In this document: piece after piece, positions 36,556 through 45,990 of the stretch
Layout of the letters: each line of letters starts with the position of its first letter
Numbering within the stretch: the first letter of the stretch is position 1
NCBI GenBank assembly: GCA_018712555.1
Contig: DVGT01000062.1
Coordinates: 20,763-84,762, forward strand
Source of the DNA: Candidatus Faecimorpha stercoravium
GTDB lineage: Bacteria; Bacillota; Clostridia; Lachnospirales; Bianqueaceae
Length of the DNA: 64,000 nucleotides
Reading direction: 5' to 3'
Program-made: the position numbers and the translations under genes
Notes under the pieces: model-generated
Seen by the model: only the letters and a program-made list of their open reading frames with translations
The model's database searches: none
Told to the model about the DNA's origin: nothing

Positions 36556-37277
36556 CCCCTCGGTGATATTCTCATCACTTAGATGCTATGAATTGTAAAA
36601 TCGCGCTGCGGCGATGAGATCTTCTCATCACTCAGACCCCTGGAATTGTAAAATCTCGCTGCGGCGATGAGATTCTCGGGGGCCCGGGGATTTTCTCATC
36701 ACCCAGGCGCTCTGAAATGTAAAATATCGCTGCGGCGATGAGATTCTCCGGGGCCCCCGGGGATTTTCTCATCACTCAGGCACTTTGAATTGTAAAATCT
36801 CGCTACGGCGATGAGAATCTCGGGATTTTCTCATCACCCAAGAATTCTTGAATTGTAAAATCATGCTGTGGCGATGAGAATCTCGGGGCCCCCTGAAGAT
36901 TTTCTCATCACTCAGACCCCTGGAATTGTAAAATCGCGCTGCGGGGATGAGAATCCCAGGGGGCCCGAAGGGATTTTCTCATCACTCAGGCGCTCTGAAT
37001 TGTAAAATCATGCTGCGGCGATGAGACTCTTGGGCCCCTGAAGATTTTCTCATCACCCAGGCGCTCTGAAATGTAAAATCTCGCTGCGGCGATGAGATTC
37101 TCCGGGGCCCCTGAAGATTTTCTCATCACTCAGTTCTCTTGAAATGTAAAATCTCGCTGCGGCGATGAGATTCCCCAGGGATCCGAGGGAATTCTCTCAT
37201 CACTTAAGCACCCTGGAATGTAAAATTTTGCAGCGGGGATGAGAATCTCTGGAAGCCCAAAGATTTTCTCATCTAGA
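36556..37277. repeat. Tandem array of 10 full, one truncated and one decayed leading copy of a 53-74 bp dyad-rich repeat
   Basis: TTCTCATC starts at 36569, 36622, 36693, 36766, 36828, 36902, 36976, 37047, 37120, 37194 (variant) and 37266. Conserved blocks are TTCTCATCAC, TGAAWTGTAAAATC and GCTGCGGCGATGAGAWTCTC, joined by variable G/C-rich linkers. Confidence 0.92.
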
Positions 37278-37288
37278 GATATATAAAA

Positions 37289-37314
37289 GGGGCTGCTGAG
37301 TCTTCAGCAGCTCC
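37289..37314 (-). terminator. Rho-independent terminator of alaS
   Basis: On the minus strand: GGAGCTGCTGA-AGAC-TCAGCAGCCCC followed by TTTTATATAT. Confidence 0.75.
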
Positions 37315-37323
37315 TTGATGAAA

Positions 37324-39966
37324 TTATTTCTGCAGTTGTTCGATAGCGGTCTCTGTCGCTTTCTTTAGGGCTTCCTCAATCTTTGATGAATCTTTTCCAC
37401 CAGCTTGCGCCATATTGGGACGTCCGCCGCCATTTCCGCCAGTGATTTGCGCCGCCACTTTGACAATATTGCCGGCATGAGCGCCCTTCTTGACAGCGTT
37501 CTCTGTGGCCATGACAACAAAAGAGAGCTTTTCTTTTCCGCCAGCTAGGATGATGATGGAGTCACCTAATTTATCCTTTAGGGTGTCACCCATCTGACGC
37601 AGGGCATTGTTGTCGAGCTCGGGACGATATGCACTGAGGATGGAAATATCTGCGACCTTTTGTACATCCTTCAAAATGTCATCCGCCGCATTGGCCGTCA
37701 TCTTGGCTTTCAGGCTTTCAAGTTCTTTTTGCAGGGATCTGAATTCTTCCATAAGGTTTTGCGCCTGCATTACGGCCTTTTCTTTGCTGACTTTGAAGAG
37801 GTGTGCGATCTGATCCAGCTCTTCATCCTGCTTGCGGAAATATTCCAGTGCCTTTTCGCCGGTCAATGCCTCGATACGCCGTACGCCCGCAGCCACGCCG
37901 CCTTCGGAAAGAATCTTGAAGCATCCGGCCTGCGCTGTGTTCGAGAGATGGGTACCGCCGCACAACTCGATGCTGTAGTCGCCCATCATGACCATACGAA
38001 CCTGATCGCCGTATTTCTCGCCGAAGAGAGCCATCGCGCCCTTCTTACGCGCTTCATCCATCGTTGTGATCTCTGTACAAATAGGCAATGCTGCGAGGAT
38101 CTCACGATTGACTTCGTCTTCGACCTGCTTCAGTTCTTCTGCGCTCATGGCCTGGAAATGGGTGAAATCGAAACGCAGTCTGTCAGCGGTCACATCGGAA
38201 CCTGCCTGCTCTACGTGGGAACCTAATACATTACGCAGCGCTTTCTGCAACAGGTGTGTCGCGGAGTGATTGCGCGCGCAGGCCATACGCTGCTCGCCAT
38301 TTACGGTGAGCGTGGCGATCTGTCCGTTCTCGATATAGCCTTCCGTGACTCTGCCCACATGACCAATCTTGTCGCCGATCGCCTTTTTGGTCGTCTCTAC
38401 TTCTACGGTACCTGTCTGTGTATGCAGAATACCACTGTCGCCATGCTGGCCGCCGCTAGTCGCATAAAATGGCGTATGATCCAGAAATACGGTAACATGC
38501 TGGCCCGATTCTGCCTTCTCCACTACCTCAGACTCTGTGGTGATCGCCAGAATCGTGCTGTCAGATTCCTCCAGGCGGTCGTATCCATGGAATTCTGTCA
38601 CCATATTGGGATCCAACAAATTATAGACTGTCGCCTTGGCACCCATATAGTTGGACTCTTCTCTGGCGGAACGGGCACGAAGGCGCTGCGCCTCCATTTC
38701 CTGCTGGAAGCCTTCCTCGTCCACGGTCATATTGGCTTCCTGCGCGATCTCCAGAGTGAGATCCATGGGGAATCCATAGGTATCATACAGCTTAAAGGCC
38801 TGACCGCCGGAAAGCACATTCTTGCCCGTCTTCTGATTCTCCTGGATATACTGCTGTAATCTTTCCAGTCCCGAGTCGAGCGTGGCATAAAATTTCTCTT
38901 CTTCGCTATGAAGCACCTTGAAAATGTACTCCTTTTTATCCTCTAATTCCGGATACGCGTCTTTAGAATTCTCAATGACGGTATTGCTGATTTCTGCCAG
39001 GAATGGACGAGAAATGCCGAGGAGTTTTCCATGGCGTGCCGCACGGCGCAGCAGACGACGCAGTACATAGCCCCGGCCCTCGTTGGAAGGCAGGACGCCG
39101 TCGGAAGTCATGAACGTCATGGAACGAATATGATCGGTAATGACACGCACTGAAACATCGGTCTCATGTTTTTTCCCGTATTCCACATTCGCAATCTGAC
39201 ACACATGATCCCGGATCGCCTTAATGGTATCCACATCGAAGATCGAGTCCACACCCTGCATCAGAGCTGCCAATCTTTCCAGTCCCATACCCGTATCGAT
39301 ATTCTTATGCTCCAGTGTCTGGTAGCTGCCATCGTCCTGACGGTCGAACTGCGTAAATACATTATTCCAGAATTCCATGTAGCGATCGCAATCGCAGCCT
39401 ACTGTGCAGCCCGGCTTACCGCAGCCATATTCCTCGCCGCGATCGTAGTAAAGCTCTGAGCAAGGACCGCAGGGACCAGAGCCATGCTCCCAGAAGTTGT
39501 CTTCCTTCCCCATGCGGAAAATGTGATCCATGGGCATACCGATCTCCTCATGCCAGATACGTTCTGCCTCATCATCATCCTGATACACGGTCACATAGAT
39601 GCGCTCCGGTTCCATTTCCAGCACTTCGGTGCAATATTCCCAGGCCCAGTGAATGGCCTCTGTCTTGAAATAATCTCCGAAGGAGAAATTACCCAGCATT
39701 TCGAAAAAGGTGCCATGACGCGCCGTCTTTCCCACATTTTCGATATCGCCGGTACGAATGCATTTCTGACAGGTCGTAACCCTTTTGCGGGGCGGTACTT
39801 CCTGTCCCGTGAAATACGGCTTCAGCGGGGCCATACCTGCATTGATTAAAAGCAGGCTGTTATCGTTCTTCGGAATCAAAGGAAAGGAGTTCATCCGCAG
39901 ATGTCCCTTCGACTCAAAAAAACGAAGATAACTCTCTCGAAGTTCGTTTAATCCCATGTACTTCAT
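37324..39966 (-). CDS. alaS: Alanine--tRNA ligase
   Basis: 880 aa. RFFESKGH N-terminus, editing-domain HSATHLL, C-terminal DHHA1 GGGGRPNMAQAGG. Its RBS AAGGAG lies inside the last ribF codons. Confidence 0.95.
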   Translation of the reverse strand: MKYMGLNELRESYLRFFESKGHLRMNSFPLIPKNDNSLLLINAGMAPLKPYFTGQEVPPRKRVTTCQKCIRTGDIENVGKTARHGTFFEMLGNFSFGDYFKTEAIHWAWEYCTEVLEMEPERIYVTVYQDDDEAERIWHEEIGMPMDHIFRMGKEDNFWEHGSGPCGPCSELYYDRGEEYGCGKPGCTVGCDCDRYMEFWNNVFTQFDRQDDGSYQTLEHKNIDTGMGLERLAALMQGVDSIFDVDTIKAIRDHVCQIANVEYGKKHETDVSVRVITDHIRSMTFMTSDGVLPSNEGRGYVLRRLLRRAARHGKLLGISRPFLAEISNTVIENSKDAYPELEDKKEYIFKVLHSEEEKFYATLDSGLERLQQYIQENQKTGKNVLSGGQAFKLYDTYGFPMDLTLEIAQEANMTVDEEGFQQEMEAQRLRARSAREESNYMGAKATVYNLLDPNMVTEFHGYDRLEESDSTILAITTESEVVEKAESGQHVTVFLDHTPFYATSGGQHGDSGILHTQTGTVEVETTKKAIGDKIGHVGRVTEGYIENGQIATLTVNGEQRMACARNHSATHLLQKALRNVLGSHVEQAGSDVTADRLRFDFTHFQAMSAEELKQVEDEVNREILAALPICTEITTMDEARKKGAMALFGEKYGDQVRMVMMGDYSIELCGGTHLSNTAQAGCFKILSEGGVAAGVRRIEALTGEKALEYFRKQDEELDQIAHLFKVSKEKAVMQAQNLMEEFRSLQKELESLKAKMTANAADDILKDVQKVADISILSAYRPELDNNALRQMGDTLKDKLGDSIIILAGGKEKLSFVVMATENAVKKGAHAGNIVKVAAQITGGNGGGRPNMAQAGGKDSSKIEEALKKATETAIEQLQK

Positions 39967-39971
39967 CTTTC

Positions 39972-40913
39972 TTACTCCTTTTCTTCCGCGAAATATGCGC
40001 GGGCATTTTGTATGTCTATCTGCTGCTGATTCCGCAGCGCCTCCATACTCTCAAACTTGATTTCTGGCCGCAGGTGGCGATAAAACTCAATCCGCACATC
40101 CCGCCCATATAAATTTTCATCAAATTCCATCAGATAGGTCTCGCAGCGCAGGCTGATCCCCTCTCCCACCGTCGGATTATGACCGATGTTAGAGACGCTT
40201 TGATAGGCACCATCCTGTGTAAACGTTCTTGTGACGTATACTCCGGGATCCGGATACTGCCGCGCTTCATTTAATAGTAGATTGACTGTGGGAACCAGTG
40301 CTCTGTGACCAAGCCCCATCCCTTTATTCACATTTCCCAGCATGAAATAAGGGCGTCCCAGTAGGCGGTTGGCCTCTTCCATCTTTCCTTCTTTCAGAAG
40401 GGCGCGAATCCGACTGCTGGAGATACGCAATCCATCATCTCGCACTTCCGAGACGACGCGGCATTCCATACCATGCATGCCGCAAAGCTTCTGCATCATC
40501 GCTGCGTCTCCCCGATTCTGTCTTCCAAACCGAAAGTTACTGCCGATTACGACGCCTACCGCATGGAAGTTCTCCACGAGAATTTGGTTCACAAACTGTT
40601 CCGGTTCCATATCCATAAGTTCTGGTTCAAAATGCATGATGACCAGATGATCGATCTGCTGTGTCTCATTGACGACCCATTCTTTTTCTGTGAGTCCATA
40701 AATCAATGGCACTGGTTGCTTCTCCATCAGCACATGGGTAGGATGCGGCTCGAAGCTCATCATCACGGTACTTGCATGACATTCCCTTGCTAATTGGCTG
40801 GTTTCCTGCACCAGCCTGCGATGTCCAAGATGCAGTCCATCAAAAAAGCCCAAAGTGATGACAGACGGCTGTATACGAAATGGCCATTTCTCATTCCATC
40901 GCATTTTTTCCAT
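39972..40913 (-). CDS. ribF: Bifunctional riboflavin kinase / FMN adenylyltransferase
   Basis: LGFFDGLHLGH N-terminal motif, 313 aa, position downstream of truB. Confidence 0.9.
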   Translation of the reverse strand: MEKMRWNEKWPFRIQPSVITLGFFDGLHLGHRRLVQETSQLARECHASTVMMSFEPHPTHVLMEKQPVPLIYGLTEKEWVVNETQQIDHLVIMHFEPELMDMEPEQFVNQILVENFHAVGVVIGSNFRFGRQNRGDAAMMQKLCGMHGMECRVVSEVRDDGLRISSSRIRALLKEGKMEEANRLLGRPYFMLGNVNKGMGLGHRALVPTVNLLLNEARQYPDPGVYVTRTFTQDGAYQSVSNIGHNPTVGEGISLRCETYLMEFDENLYGRDVRIEFYRHLRPEIKFESMEALRNQQQIDIQNARAYFAEEKE

Positions 40914-40928
40914 CTTTCATCACTCCTT

Positions 40929-41816
40929 CTAATACATCTTCTCGATTTTACACAGTCTTGCTCCGTCCTCCAACACTTCACTGACTTGATACAAGGCTGT
41001 AAAATGTCCCTGCGAATTATATACGCGAATCCGCTCTCCTATTGCGGATTCAGCCGGCAACAGCAGCGTATTGCCGTTTTGCAGGCGCTTCTCCTGCGCT
41101 TCTTCAATCTGAATCCCTTCGTATTTCGCAAATATGCGATCCACCGATAGAATTCGCTCTTCCAACTTTCCCTGATCTTTCAACGTCCGGATCTGATCCA
41201 GCGTCAGACTGTCCTCCAGAGTAAACGGCCCGCTTCGCAGCCGGCACAGTGATGACATGCAGGCCAGCCAGCCGGTCTTTCTCCCGATATCTTCGCACAG
41301 CGTCCGAATATAAGTTCCTTTCGAGCAGGTCACACGAATCCGTGCGCCTTTTTCATCAAGCGCCAGCACCTGGATCTCTTCGATCCGAATCTGTCTCGGC
41401 TTACGTTCGACCTCGATGCCTTCTCTGGCTAAATCATACAGACGAACACCGCCAACCTTGAGTGCGGAATACATGGGCGGAACCTGCCATATATCGCCTG
41501 TCAGCTCCTCGATAGCCTGCATAAAACGCTCCCCGCGAAAATCGTAGGATGCCTGCCGGGTCACATGTCCCGATAGATCCTGGGTATCCGTTTCCTGACC
41601 AAAAAGCAGTTCTGCCTCGTACTGCTTCTGCGATCCCGTGAGCAACTCCGCAGCCTTGGTGGCCCGCCCCAGACATACTGGCAGGACGCCGCTGGCATCC
41701 GGATCCAGTGTTCCCGTATGTCCTATCTTCTTGATGCGCAGGATTCCGCGCAAAATGGCAATCACATCATTCGATGTGTATCCCGGCTCCTTGTTGACAT
41801 TCAGAATCCCGTTCAC
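40929..41816 (-). CDS. truB: tRNA pseudouridine(55) synthase
   Basis: GHTGTLDPDASGVL catalytic-Asp motif. Confidence 0.92.
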   Translation of the reverse strand: MNGILNVNKEPGYTSNDVIAILRGILRIKKIGHTGTLDPDASGVLPVCLGRATKAAELLTGSQKQYEAELLFGQETDTQDLSGHVTRQASYDFRGERFMQAIEELTGDIWQVPPMYSALKVGGVRLYDLAREGIEVERKPRQIRIEEIQVLALDEKGARIRVTCSKGTYIRTLCEDIGRKTGWLACMSSLCRLRSGPFTLEDSLTLDQIRTLKDQGKLEERILSVDRIFAKYEGIQIEEAQEKRLQNGNTLLLPAESAIGERIRVYNSQGHFTALYQVSEVLEDGARLCKIEKMY

Positions 41817-42802
41817 TCGGCATCCTCCGGTAGCTGTTTCATGATCTCACGCAGGATGCGCTGGCATGCGGGCTCTATCGGACCGGAAACGGTGCAGCCC
41901 GCTGCCCGAACGTGACCGCCGCCGCCGAAGGCTCTCGCCACCGCCGCGACGTCCACGCGATGCTTCGAGCGCATGTTCACACGGATCGTATTGGGCGCCA
42001 GTTCCCGCAGAAATACGGCCACTTCTGCCTCAGATACCTCTGCCAACGTGGCTACTGCTCCTTCGCTGTCGTCACTGGTTGCTCCCACCGCTTGAAAATC
42101 CCTGGTCTCCATGGCGGAAACCACAATCTGATCGCGGTATAAATACGCCTTCTGCAATATGACCCCCAACACCTTCGTCTCTACGAAGCCCTTGGTATGA
42201 AACAAACCATTCATGATCGCTGTGATATCGATCCCCGTGTCTGAAAGATCCGCGGCCATCCGAAAAATCTCAGGCGTCATAGACGAATGCCTGAATCCGC
42301 CCGTATCGAAGGAAAGCCCGGTAAAGAGAGCTTCCGCTACCTCCTTTGTAATGGGATATCCATTTTGCCGAAACAGTCGAAACAGGATCTCACAGGTGGA
42401 GGTAGCCGACGAATCCGTCCAGTTATAGGTCGCATATTCCTTATGATTCACATGATGGTCGATGCAGAAGGACTCTTCCGAAAGATCTGCGCATATATAG
42501 GCCTCTCCCGTTCTATGGGGCTCTGCGCAATCCAGCATGATCCAGCCAAATCGGCCACAGGTGGCCTTACACAGCGTCTCCCTATTCAGTATGGGCAGAC
42601 CCTGAGAGAGCCAGCTATAACGAGAGATATTTCCCTCATAATAGATCATAGGATGCTTTCCCTGCCGAAGCAGTTCCAGCCCCATAGCCACACAGGCTCC
42701 GATGCTGTCTCCGTCCGGTCGGATATGACCGCTCAGAATCAGGCGATCCTGTCGATCCACAAAAGCCTGAAAGGCCTTCGCCATCTCCTCAAACGTCATC
42801 AT
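41813..42802 (-). CDS. nrnA: DHH/DHHA1 phosphoesterase (NrnA-like oligoribonuclease/pAp phosphatase)
   Basis: GHIRPDGDSIGA, CIDHHVNH, GGGGHVRAAG. Start at the ATGATG at 42802, which overlaps the rbfA stop. Confidence 0.85.
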   Translation of the reverse strand: MMTFEEMAKAFQAFVDRQDRLILSGHIRPDGDSIGACVAMGLELLRQGKHPMIYYEGNISRYSWLSQGLPILNRETLCKATCGRFGWIMLDCAEPHRTGEAYICADLSEESFCIDHHVNHKEYATYNWTDSSATSTCEILFRLFRQNGYPITKEVAEALFTGLSFDTGGFRHSSMTPEIFRMAADLSDTGIDITAIMNGLFHTKGFVETKVLGVILQKAYLYRDQIVVSAMETRDFQAVGATSDDSEGAVATLAEVSEAEVAVFLRELAPNTIRVNMRSKHRVDVAAVARAFGGGGHVRAAGCTVSGPIEPACQRILREIMKQLPEDAE

Positions 42803-43184
42803 CTTCCTCCGCCTCTTCCTGCGATGCTTCCACACCATAATCCTTAAGCATTTTGGAAATATGAATGCTATATTCGATCGAATCATCCATGATGAACTTG
42901 AGTTCCGGCGTATTGCGCAGATTCAGCCGCGAAGCCAGTTCCCTACGAATAAATCCGGATGCGGATTTTAGCGCCTTGGCGGTCTCATCCCGTCGTTTCT
43001 CATCTCCCAAGATGCTGATATATACTTTACAATATTTCAGATCCCGCGTCGTATCTGCCTTTAAGATTGATAACAGCGGTGTCTCGATTCGAGGATCCTT
43101 TACCTCGTCGCGGAGGATCTCACTCAGTTCTCGGCGGACTTCTTCATTAATGCGTTCCATCCGTCCACTTGCTTTTCCTGCCAT
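42789..43184 (-). CDS. rbfA: Ribosome-binding factor A
   Basis: RINEEVRRELSEILRDEVKDPRI. Start taken at M37 of the ORF (43184). Confidence 0.9.
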   Translation of the reverse strand: MAGKASGRMERINEEVRRELSEILRDEVKDPRIETPLLSILKADTTRDLKYCKVYISILGDEKRRDETAKALKSASGFIRRELASRLNLRNTPELKFIMDDSIEYSIHISKMLKDYGVEASQEEAEEDDDV

Positions 43185-43233
43185 TCTATTCTCCTCTATC
43201 ACGCGATGCCCCGAGGGGGCATCGCGATTTCCT

Positions 43234-45957
43234 TTAGCTTCTTGTGATCTCCTCCATCGAGAAGGCCTCAATCGTATCGCCTTCCTTAACATCGCTGAAG
43301 GATTTCAGCATGATACCACACTCATAATTCGTGGCGACCTCCTTCACATCGTCCTTGAAGCGGCGCAGAGAATCAATCTCGCCCTCATAGACGACGATGC
43401 CGTCTCGAATCAGTCTCGCCTTGCTGCCTCTTGTGATCTTACCATCGGTCACATAGCAACCGGCAATCGTACCGATACCCGACACCTTGAAGGTCTGTCT
43501 CACCTGTGCGTGACCATCTACCTTCTCCTGGAATTCCGGATCCAGCATACCCTTCATGGCGGCTTCGATATCCTCAATCGCATCGTAAATCACGCGGTAT
43601 AGACGCATATCCACTTTTTCCCGCTCCGCCACGGCCTTAGCACCCGCATCTGGCCGCACGTTGAAACCGATGATGATCGAATTGGACGCCGATGCCAACG
43701 TCACGTCGGATTCGTTGATGGCACCCACACCGCCATGGACGATTCGGAGTACCACCTCATCGTTAGACAGCTTCTCCAGACTCTGACGCACCGCTTCCAC
43801 GGAACCCTGTACGTCCGCTTTCACGATGATATTCAGTTCTTTCATCGAACCTGCCTGAATCTGATCGAAGAGACTCTCCAACGAAACCTTCTTGGTCCCC
43901 TCCAAAAGCTTCTCCCGATCCTTGGCGCTGACCTTCTCAGCCAGCTGTCTGGCTTCACGCTCACTCGGCGTCACAAAGAACTGTTCTCCCGCTACAGGAA
44001 CTTCCGACAATCCCAGAATTTCCACCGGATCCGATGGTCCTGCGCTCTTTACTTTCTTGCCTTTATCATCGCTCATGGCCTTCACGCGGCCGAACGCCTT
44101 GCCCACTACAATCGAGTCTCCGATTCTAAGCGTGCCGTTCTGCACCAGCGCTGTAGCCACAACGCCGCGGCCCTTATCCAACTGCGCCTCGATGACATGC
44201 CCTGTCGCAGGTCGATCCGGATTGGCCTTATATTCTTCCATGTCGGCAACCAGCAGAACCATCTCCAGCAGCGTATCAATCCCTTCTCCGGTCTTGGCGG
44301 ATACCGGCACACAGATCGTAGAACCGCCCCATTCCTCTGGGATCAATTCATATTCTGTCAGCTGCTGCTTCACATGGTCCGGATTCGCCTCTGGCTTATC
44401 CATTTTATTGATCGCCACGATGATCTGCACACCAGCCGCCTTCGCATGGTTGATCGCCTCAATCGTCTGCGGCATGATACCATCATCTGCGGCCACTACC
44501 AGGATGGCAATATCCGTCACCTGTGCGCCTCGAAGACGCATGGCCGTGAATGCCTCATGTCCCGGAGTATCCAGGAATGTGATCTTACGATCATTGATGC
44601 TGACCACAGAAGCACCGATATGCTGCGTGATACCGCCAGCCTCTCCCGCGGTTACCTTCGTCTTACGAATCGCATCCAGCAAAGAAGTTTTACCGTGATC
44701 TACATGACCCATCACAACGACAACCGGCGGACGGCTCTTCAGGCTTTCGGGAGAATCCTGCTGCTCCATGTAAGCCTTGAAAATATCCTCTTCCTGCATG
44801 GGTTCTGCCAGGATATCCATCTCCAGTGCCAATGCCTCTGCCTGCTCATAGTCCAGGTCATCATTCTGGCCCATCATCTTACCCTTCAGCATCAGGCTCT
44901 TGATGATCTGAGTTACTGGCTTCTTGACCATGTCCGCAAACTCCCGTACGGTCATCATCGCCGGAAGCTGCACGACTTTGATCTCTTCCTCTTCTTCCTG
45001 CGGCTTGGGCGCGGGTTTATTCTTTTTGACGCGATTCTTTACCACCTCATCGTCTTCTTCGCCCATTGCCATGAAGTTTTTGTTATGCCGACGTCCAAAG
45101 CCGTCCTGCGATACGTTCTTCGCCCTCTCTCTTTCCTTATCCTTATCCCGGCGCATACGTTCCGTCTTCTTCGGCTTATCGATGGCAGACGTCACTTCCT
45201 TCGGCGCCTCCGGAATGGAAAGCTCTTCCTGATTCCGGCCGCCGCGATTGCCAGTCTGTGGCCGCGCATTGCCGCGCGAGTTTCCAAAATTGCGGTCTCT
45301 GCCCCGGTTCTCATTCGATCCCTGATTCCGGCCGCCGCGCTGATTCTGGCTTCTCTCGCTCCGGTTTTCATTTCGATCATTCCGCTCGCTCCGGTTCTCA
45401 TTCCGGTTCGTACGAGGCCGATCTCCCTTGGGGGCATTCTCTTTCTTCGCACTCGTTTCAGGACGCTCCGCTTTCTTCTGCGGTTCTTTTTCCTTAGCCG
45501 CTTCCGGCTTTTTCTCCGGCTTCTTTTCTGTTTTCTCGTTTTTGGGCTGCTCCGCCTTAACTACAGGTTCCTTGGGCTGCTCCGCTTCCTTCTTTTCCGG
45601 AATCGGTTTCGCCTCTACCGCTTCCTTCTTTTCGGGAACTGGCTTCACCTCCACCGGCTCCTTTTTCTCTGGTACCGGGGCTTCCTCTTGCTTTTTCTCG
45701 GGGACCTCTTTCTTCGGAGCCGGTTTGTTCTCTTCTTTCTTAGGCGCGGGCTTCGCTGCTGCCGCACTCTTTGCCGCCGGCCGCTTAAACCGGGGCTCTT
45801 TACCTGTCAGCTTCACACAAACCTTGCGGATCTCCTCCATCTCCAGAGGAGCCTTGGCATTGGGAACAAATACCCCGATACTCTCCAGACATTTCAGCAC
45901 ATCTCCGCTGCTGACCTTTAATTGCTTTGCCAAACTTTCAACTGTTATTTTTGCCAC
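43234..45957 (-). CDS. infB: Translation initiation factor IF-2
   Basis: [13 protein letters not shown]-domain. Long low-complexity Lys/Glu/Pro and Arg/Asn/Gly N-terminal region. GTG start. Confidence 0.95.
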   Translation of the reverse strand: MAKITVESLAKQLKVSSGDVLKCLESIGVFVPNAKAPLEMEEIRKVCVKLTGKEPRFKRPAAKSAAAAKPAPKKEENKPAPKKEVPEKKQEEAPVPEKKEPVEVKPVPEKKEAVEAKPIPEKKEAEQPKEPVVKAEQPKNEKTEKKPEKKPEAAKEKEPQKKAERPETSAKKENAPKGDRPRTNRNENRSERNDRNENRSERSQNQRGGRNQGSNENRGRDRNFGNSRGNARPQTGNRGGRNQEELSIPEAPKEVTSAIDKPKKTERMRRDKDKERERAKNVSQDGFGRRHNKNFMAMGEEDDEVVKNRVKKNKPAPKPQEEEEEIKVVQLPAMMTVREFADMVKKPVTQIIKSLMLKGKMMGQNDDLDYEQAEALALEMDILAEPMQEEDIFKAYMEQQDSPESLKSRPPVVVVMGHVDHGKTSLLDAIRKTKVTAGEAGGITQHIGASVVSINDRKITFLDTPGHEAFTAMRLRGAQVTDIAILVVAADDGIMPQTIEAINHAKAAGVQIIVAINKMDKPEANPDHVKQQLTEYELIPEEWGGSTICVPVSAKTGEGIDTLLEMVLLVADMEEYKANPDRPATGHVIEAQLDKGRGVVATALVQNGTLRIGDSIVVGKAFGRVKAMSDDKGKKVKSAGPSDPVEILGLSEVPVAGEQFFVTPSEREARQLAEKVSAKDREKLLEGTKKVSLESLFDQIQAGSMKELNIIVKADVQGSVEAVRQSLEKLSNDEVVLRIVHGGVGAINESDVTLASASNSIIIGFNVRPDAGAKAVAEREKVDMRLYRVIYDAIEDIEAAMKGMLDPEFQEKVDGHAQVRQTFKVSGIGTIAGCYVTDGKITRGSKARLIRDGIVVYEGEIDSLRRFKDDVKEVATNYECGIMLKSFSDVKEGDTIEAFSMEEITRS

Positions 45958-45990
45958 TGGCTCATTTCCACCTTTCGGATATTCCGGAGA

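Noticed and set aside
36613-37265. Short peptide ORFs starting at the ATG inside each GATGAGA
   Set aside because: There is no Shine-Dalgarno sequence upstream. Unit-length differences are not multiples of three, so the predicted peptides differ in frame and length (6 to about 43 aa). Nothing supports translation.
36556-37277. CRISPR array interpretation of the tandem repeats
   Set aside because: The segments between the most conserved blocks are themselves near-identical from unit to unit; for example, units 2 and 6, and units 3 and 8, share the same variable part. Unit length also varies through the G/C linker rather than through unique spacers. No cas genes are present in the window.
36556-37277. 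Hammerhead-ribozyme-like GATGAGA / CTGAAG motifs in each unit
   Set aside because: The core would need CUGAUGA, then stem II, then GAAA. The plus strand has GCGAUGA and the minus strand has GUGAUGA, so C3 is not conserved. The sequence following the motif is not a stem II closed by GAAA, so the resemblance is superficial.
38254-38859. 201-aa and other ORFs antisense to alaS (37660-38226, 38254-38859, 39484-39849)
   Set aside because: They lie opposite a complete, highly conserved alaS, and they lack an RBS and recognisable motifs.
45300-45700. Tandem DNA repeats of about 30 nt (starting near 45355 and 45385) and about 36 nt (starting near 45585, 45621 and 45657)
   Set aside because: They lie inside the infB N-terminal region and simply encode its repetitive RNENRSER and [11 protein letters not shown] low-complexity peptide segments. 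They are not an independent element.
43735-45921. 728-aa ORF antisense to infB. Similar long antisense ORFs occur at 45428-46111, 46516-47589, 49322-50524, 50723-51874, 52418-53554, 55944-57005, 59566-60159 and 62430-63470.
   Set aside because: Each lies entirely opposite a confidently identified conserved gene. They have low-complexity or Arg/Leu/His-rich translations and no RBS. These are shadow ORFs caused by the codon bias of the real genes.
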